DNA from: Heptranchias perlo
Lineage: Eukaryota
NCBI RefSeq assembly: GCF_035084215.1
Contig: NC_090329.1
Span: forward strand, 108,190,001-108,254,000
Length of the DNA stretch: 64,000 bases
Direction of reading: 5' to 3'
Part shown: positions 61,843-64,000 of the stretch, in pieces
Layout: the number at the start of each line of letters is the position of its first letter
Position numbering within the stretch: position 1 is the stretch's first letter
Notes under the pieces: model-generated
Told to the model about the DNA's origin: nothing
What the model saw: the letters and a program-made list of their open reading frames with translations, nothing else
Database searches by the model: none
Program-made: the position numbers and the translations under genes

Positions 61843-63241
61843 GGTTGGCAGGTATGTTGTTCAACCACGGTTGTAACTTTCCGACCCGTAAGGCAGTACC
61901 TGCCAAAGCACTCTCAAAAGTAGTGTAGGGACTCTCAGTAAGAAGAGGGAGCTTCAAAAAACACTTCCTACTCCACCAGCAGCCAGAAGCAATAATCCAG
62001 CAACTAATCTGCAACACTTACATGGCCCTTTAAATAGCTCTGGTGGGGGGGTCCTACAAGCACTATAAGACATGTTCAGATGGTCGGGGTTAAGACTGTG
62101 CGTTGAGTTGAGTGTTAAGGTCAAAAATAGTGTATCACTTTAAATCAGCGTTGCACATTGATTGCGCGCATTTTCTCCCTACTTTACACGCTTCCAGCAT
62201 TCCGTATTTGCACATGCGCTAATCCCTATACCAAGATGGCGTCCGGTGCACATCGCACTGGAAAAGTGCGTGCACATCCAAATCGCCATCTTGGATGTCA
62301 GAGAGGACATGTAGCGCTGAAACAACGGGCGCTACACGGCCCAATTTAATGCCCATAGTTTGTTACAACAGAGAACATGTAGCAGTATATGTTCCATAAC
62401 ACCGTATAAAATTTAAAGCTGCATTGCCTTTCTAACACACAAAAAAAGAAAGAACTTGTCTTTATATCACACTTTCTTCATCCACAAGTCACGCCTAAGT
62501 GCTTCACAGCCAACAAAGTAAGTTTTAGATTTTGTGAATTTGGTAATGTAAGGAAACAATTTGCTTATAAGCAAGGTCCTACAAACAGCAATGAGGTAAA
62601 TGACCAAATAATCTGTTTTTTTAAAGAGTTGTTGATTGAGGAATAAACGTTGGGTAAGGACAACTTGCCTGTCCTTCATCAAATAATGCCATCTGATCCT
62701 TTATGTCCACCTGAGAGGGTATAGTGTCATGATTTAGCATCTCATCTGAAAGACTCTCTCAGTAGTGCACTGCAGCGCCAGCCTAGATTATACGCTCAAC
62801 TCTCAGGATTGTGTCTTGCCCGAGGCACCAGTGAGCCAAAGTTAACACCTAATATGCTGTCATCATGTGCCTTTCAATAGGGGGAAGGTCATAAATGCTT
62901 TCATCGACATGTTTGATTATATAAGTCTGGCTAGTAACTAGTTGTAGCTTAGTTGGTCAGTGCACTGTGCAGCTTGGTACACCAGGAGGATCCGAAGTCT
63001 GTGCTGAGTTAGCTGATATAATTTTGAATGATAGTAGAGGTATTATAGTTGACCTCAGCAACTCTGCAATAGGGAAGAGAAGATCAGCCCGGTTTCCTGT
63101 ACCTAATTGCCATCCAGTAATCCCTGAAGGAAAGTCCATATACTTGGACATCTTAGACAACAACGTGCATTTATATAATGCCTTTACAGGAAAACAGCCC
63201 CAAGGCATTTACAGCAGGATTGGGACCAGTTTTTTTTTGTA

Positions 63242-64000
63242 TTATTCGTTCACGGGATGTGGGCGTCGCTGGCAAGGCCGGCATTTATTGCCCATCCCTA
63301 ATTGCCCTCGAGAAGGTGGTGGTGAGCCGCCTTCTTGAACCGCTGCAGTCCGTGTGGTGACGGTTCTCCCACAGTGCTGTTAGGAAGGGAGTTCCAGGAT
63401 TTTGACCCAGCGACAATGAAGGAACGGCAATATATTTCCAAGTCGGGATGGTGTGTGACTTGGAGGGGAACGTGCAGGTGGTGTTGTTCCCATGCGCCTG
63501 CTGCCCTTGTCTTTCTAGGTGGTAGAGGTCGCGGGTTTGGGAGGTGCTGTCGAAGAAGCCTTGGCGAGTTGCTGCAGTGCATCCTGTGGATGGTGCGCAC
63601 TGCAGCCACAGTGCGCCGGTGGTGAAGGGAGTGAATGTTTAGGGTGGTGGATGGGGTGCCAATCAAGCGGGCTGCTTTATCTTGGATGGTGTCGAGCTTC
63701 TTGAGTGTTGTTGGAGCTGCACTCATCCAAGCAAGTGGAGAGTATTCCATCACACTCCTGACTTGTGCCTTGTAGATGGTGGAAAGGCTTTGGGGAGTCA
63801 GGAGGTGAGTCACTCGCCGCAGAATACCCAGCCTCTGACCTGCTCTCGTAGCCACAGTATTTATATGGCTGGTCCAGTTAAGTTTCTGGTCAATGGTGAC
63901 CCCCAGGATGTTGATGGTGGGGGATTCGGCGATGGTAATGCCGTTGAATGTCAAGGGGAGGTGGTTAGACTCTCTCTTGTTGGAGATGGTCATTGCCTGG
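63242..64000 (-). mobile_element. Young CR1-group (Zenon/L2-like) LINE 3' portion, running off the window end
   Basis: ORF 63298..63993 has ILGVTIDQKLNWTSHI and YKAQVRSVMEYSPLAWMSAAPTTLKKLDTIQDKAARLIG. 3' UTR ...cacatcccgtgaacgaat at 63244-63262. Confidence 0.85.

Larger units (their letters stand above)
58512..62354. mobile_element. Decayed autonomous-type Harbinger of a different family; left terminus missing
   Basis: Convergent Myb (+) and transposase (-) pseudogenes. Probable right terminus ...cggcccaatttaatgccc ends at 62354. The left side abuts a SINE tail fragment with no matching TIR. Confidence 0.85.

Overview
Repeat-dense vertebrate DNA, very probably from a cartilaginous fish (shark). 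This is inferred from the mix of CR1, L2, Deu-type tRNA-SINE, Penelope-like and PIF/Harbinger repeats. The only host-gene signal is a CpG-island promoter at ~3.2-3.36 kb with a short first coding exon on the minus strand (MAHDYPEAKRLDS|gtaagt, possibly prolyl endopeptidase); the remaining ~60 kb is upstream intergenic DNA. The main structure is a three-level nest at 15.36-24.2 kb. A tRNA-SINE is split by an autonomous-type Harbinger (15513-23917). That element is itself split, 310 bp from its end, by a second, fully intact Harbinger of the same family in opposite orientation (15823-20026, TSD TCT). Each copy carries a DDE transposase and a convergent 3-exon Myb/SANT gene, and together they form a ~8 kb near-palindrome. 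Also present: a decayed third Harbinger (58.5-62.35 kb), several Harbinger MITEs and relics, a hAT MITE, and Penelope-like insertions with minimal hammerhead ribozyme motifs, one an inverted dimer with a 12-bp TSD (48922-49230). Boundaries of old LINE/SINE fragments are approximate, and family names come from motif recognition, not database searches.
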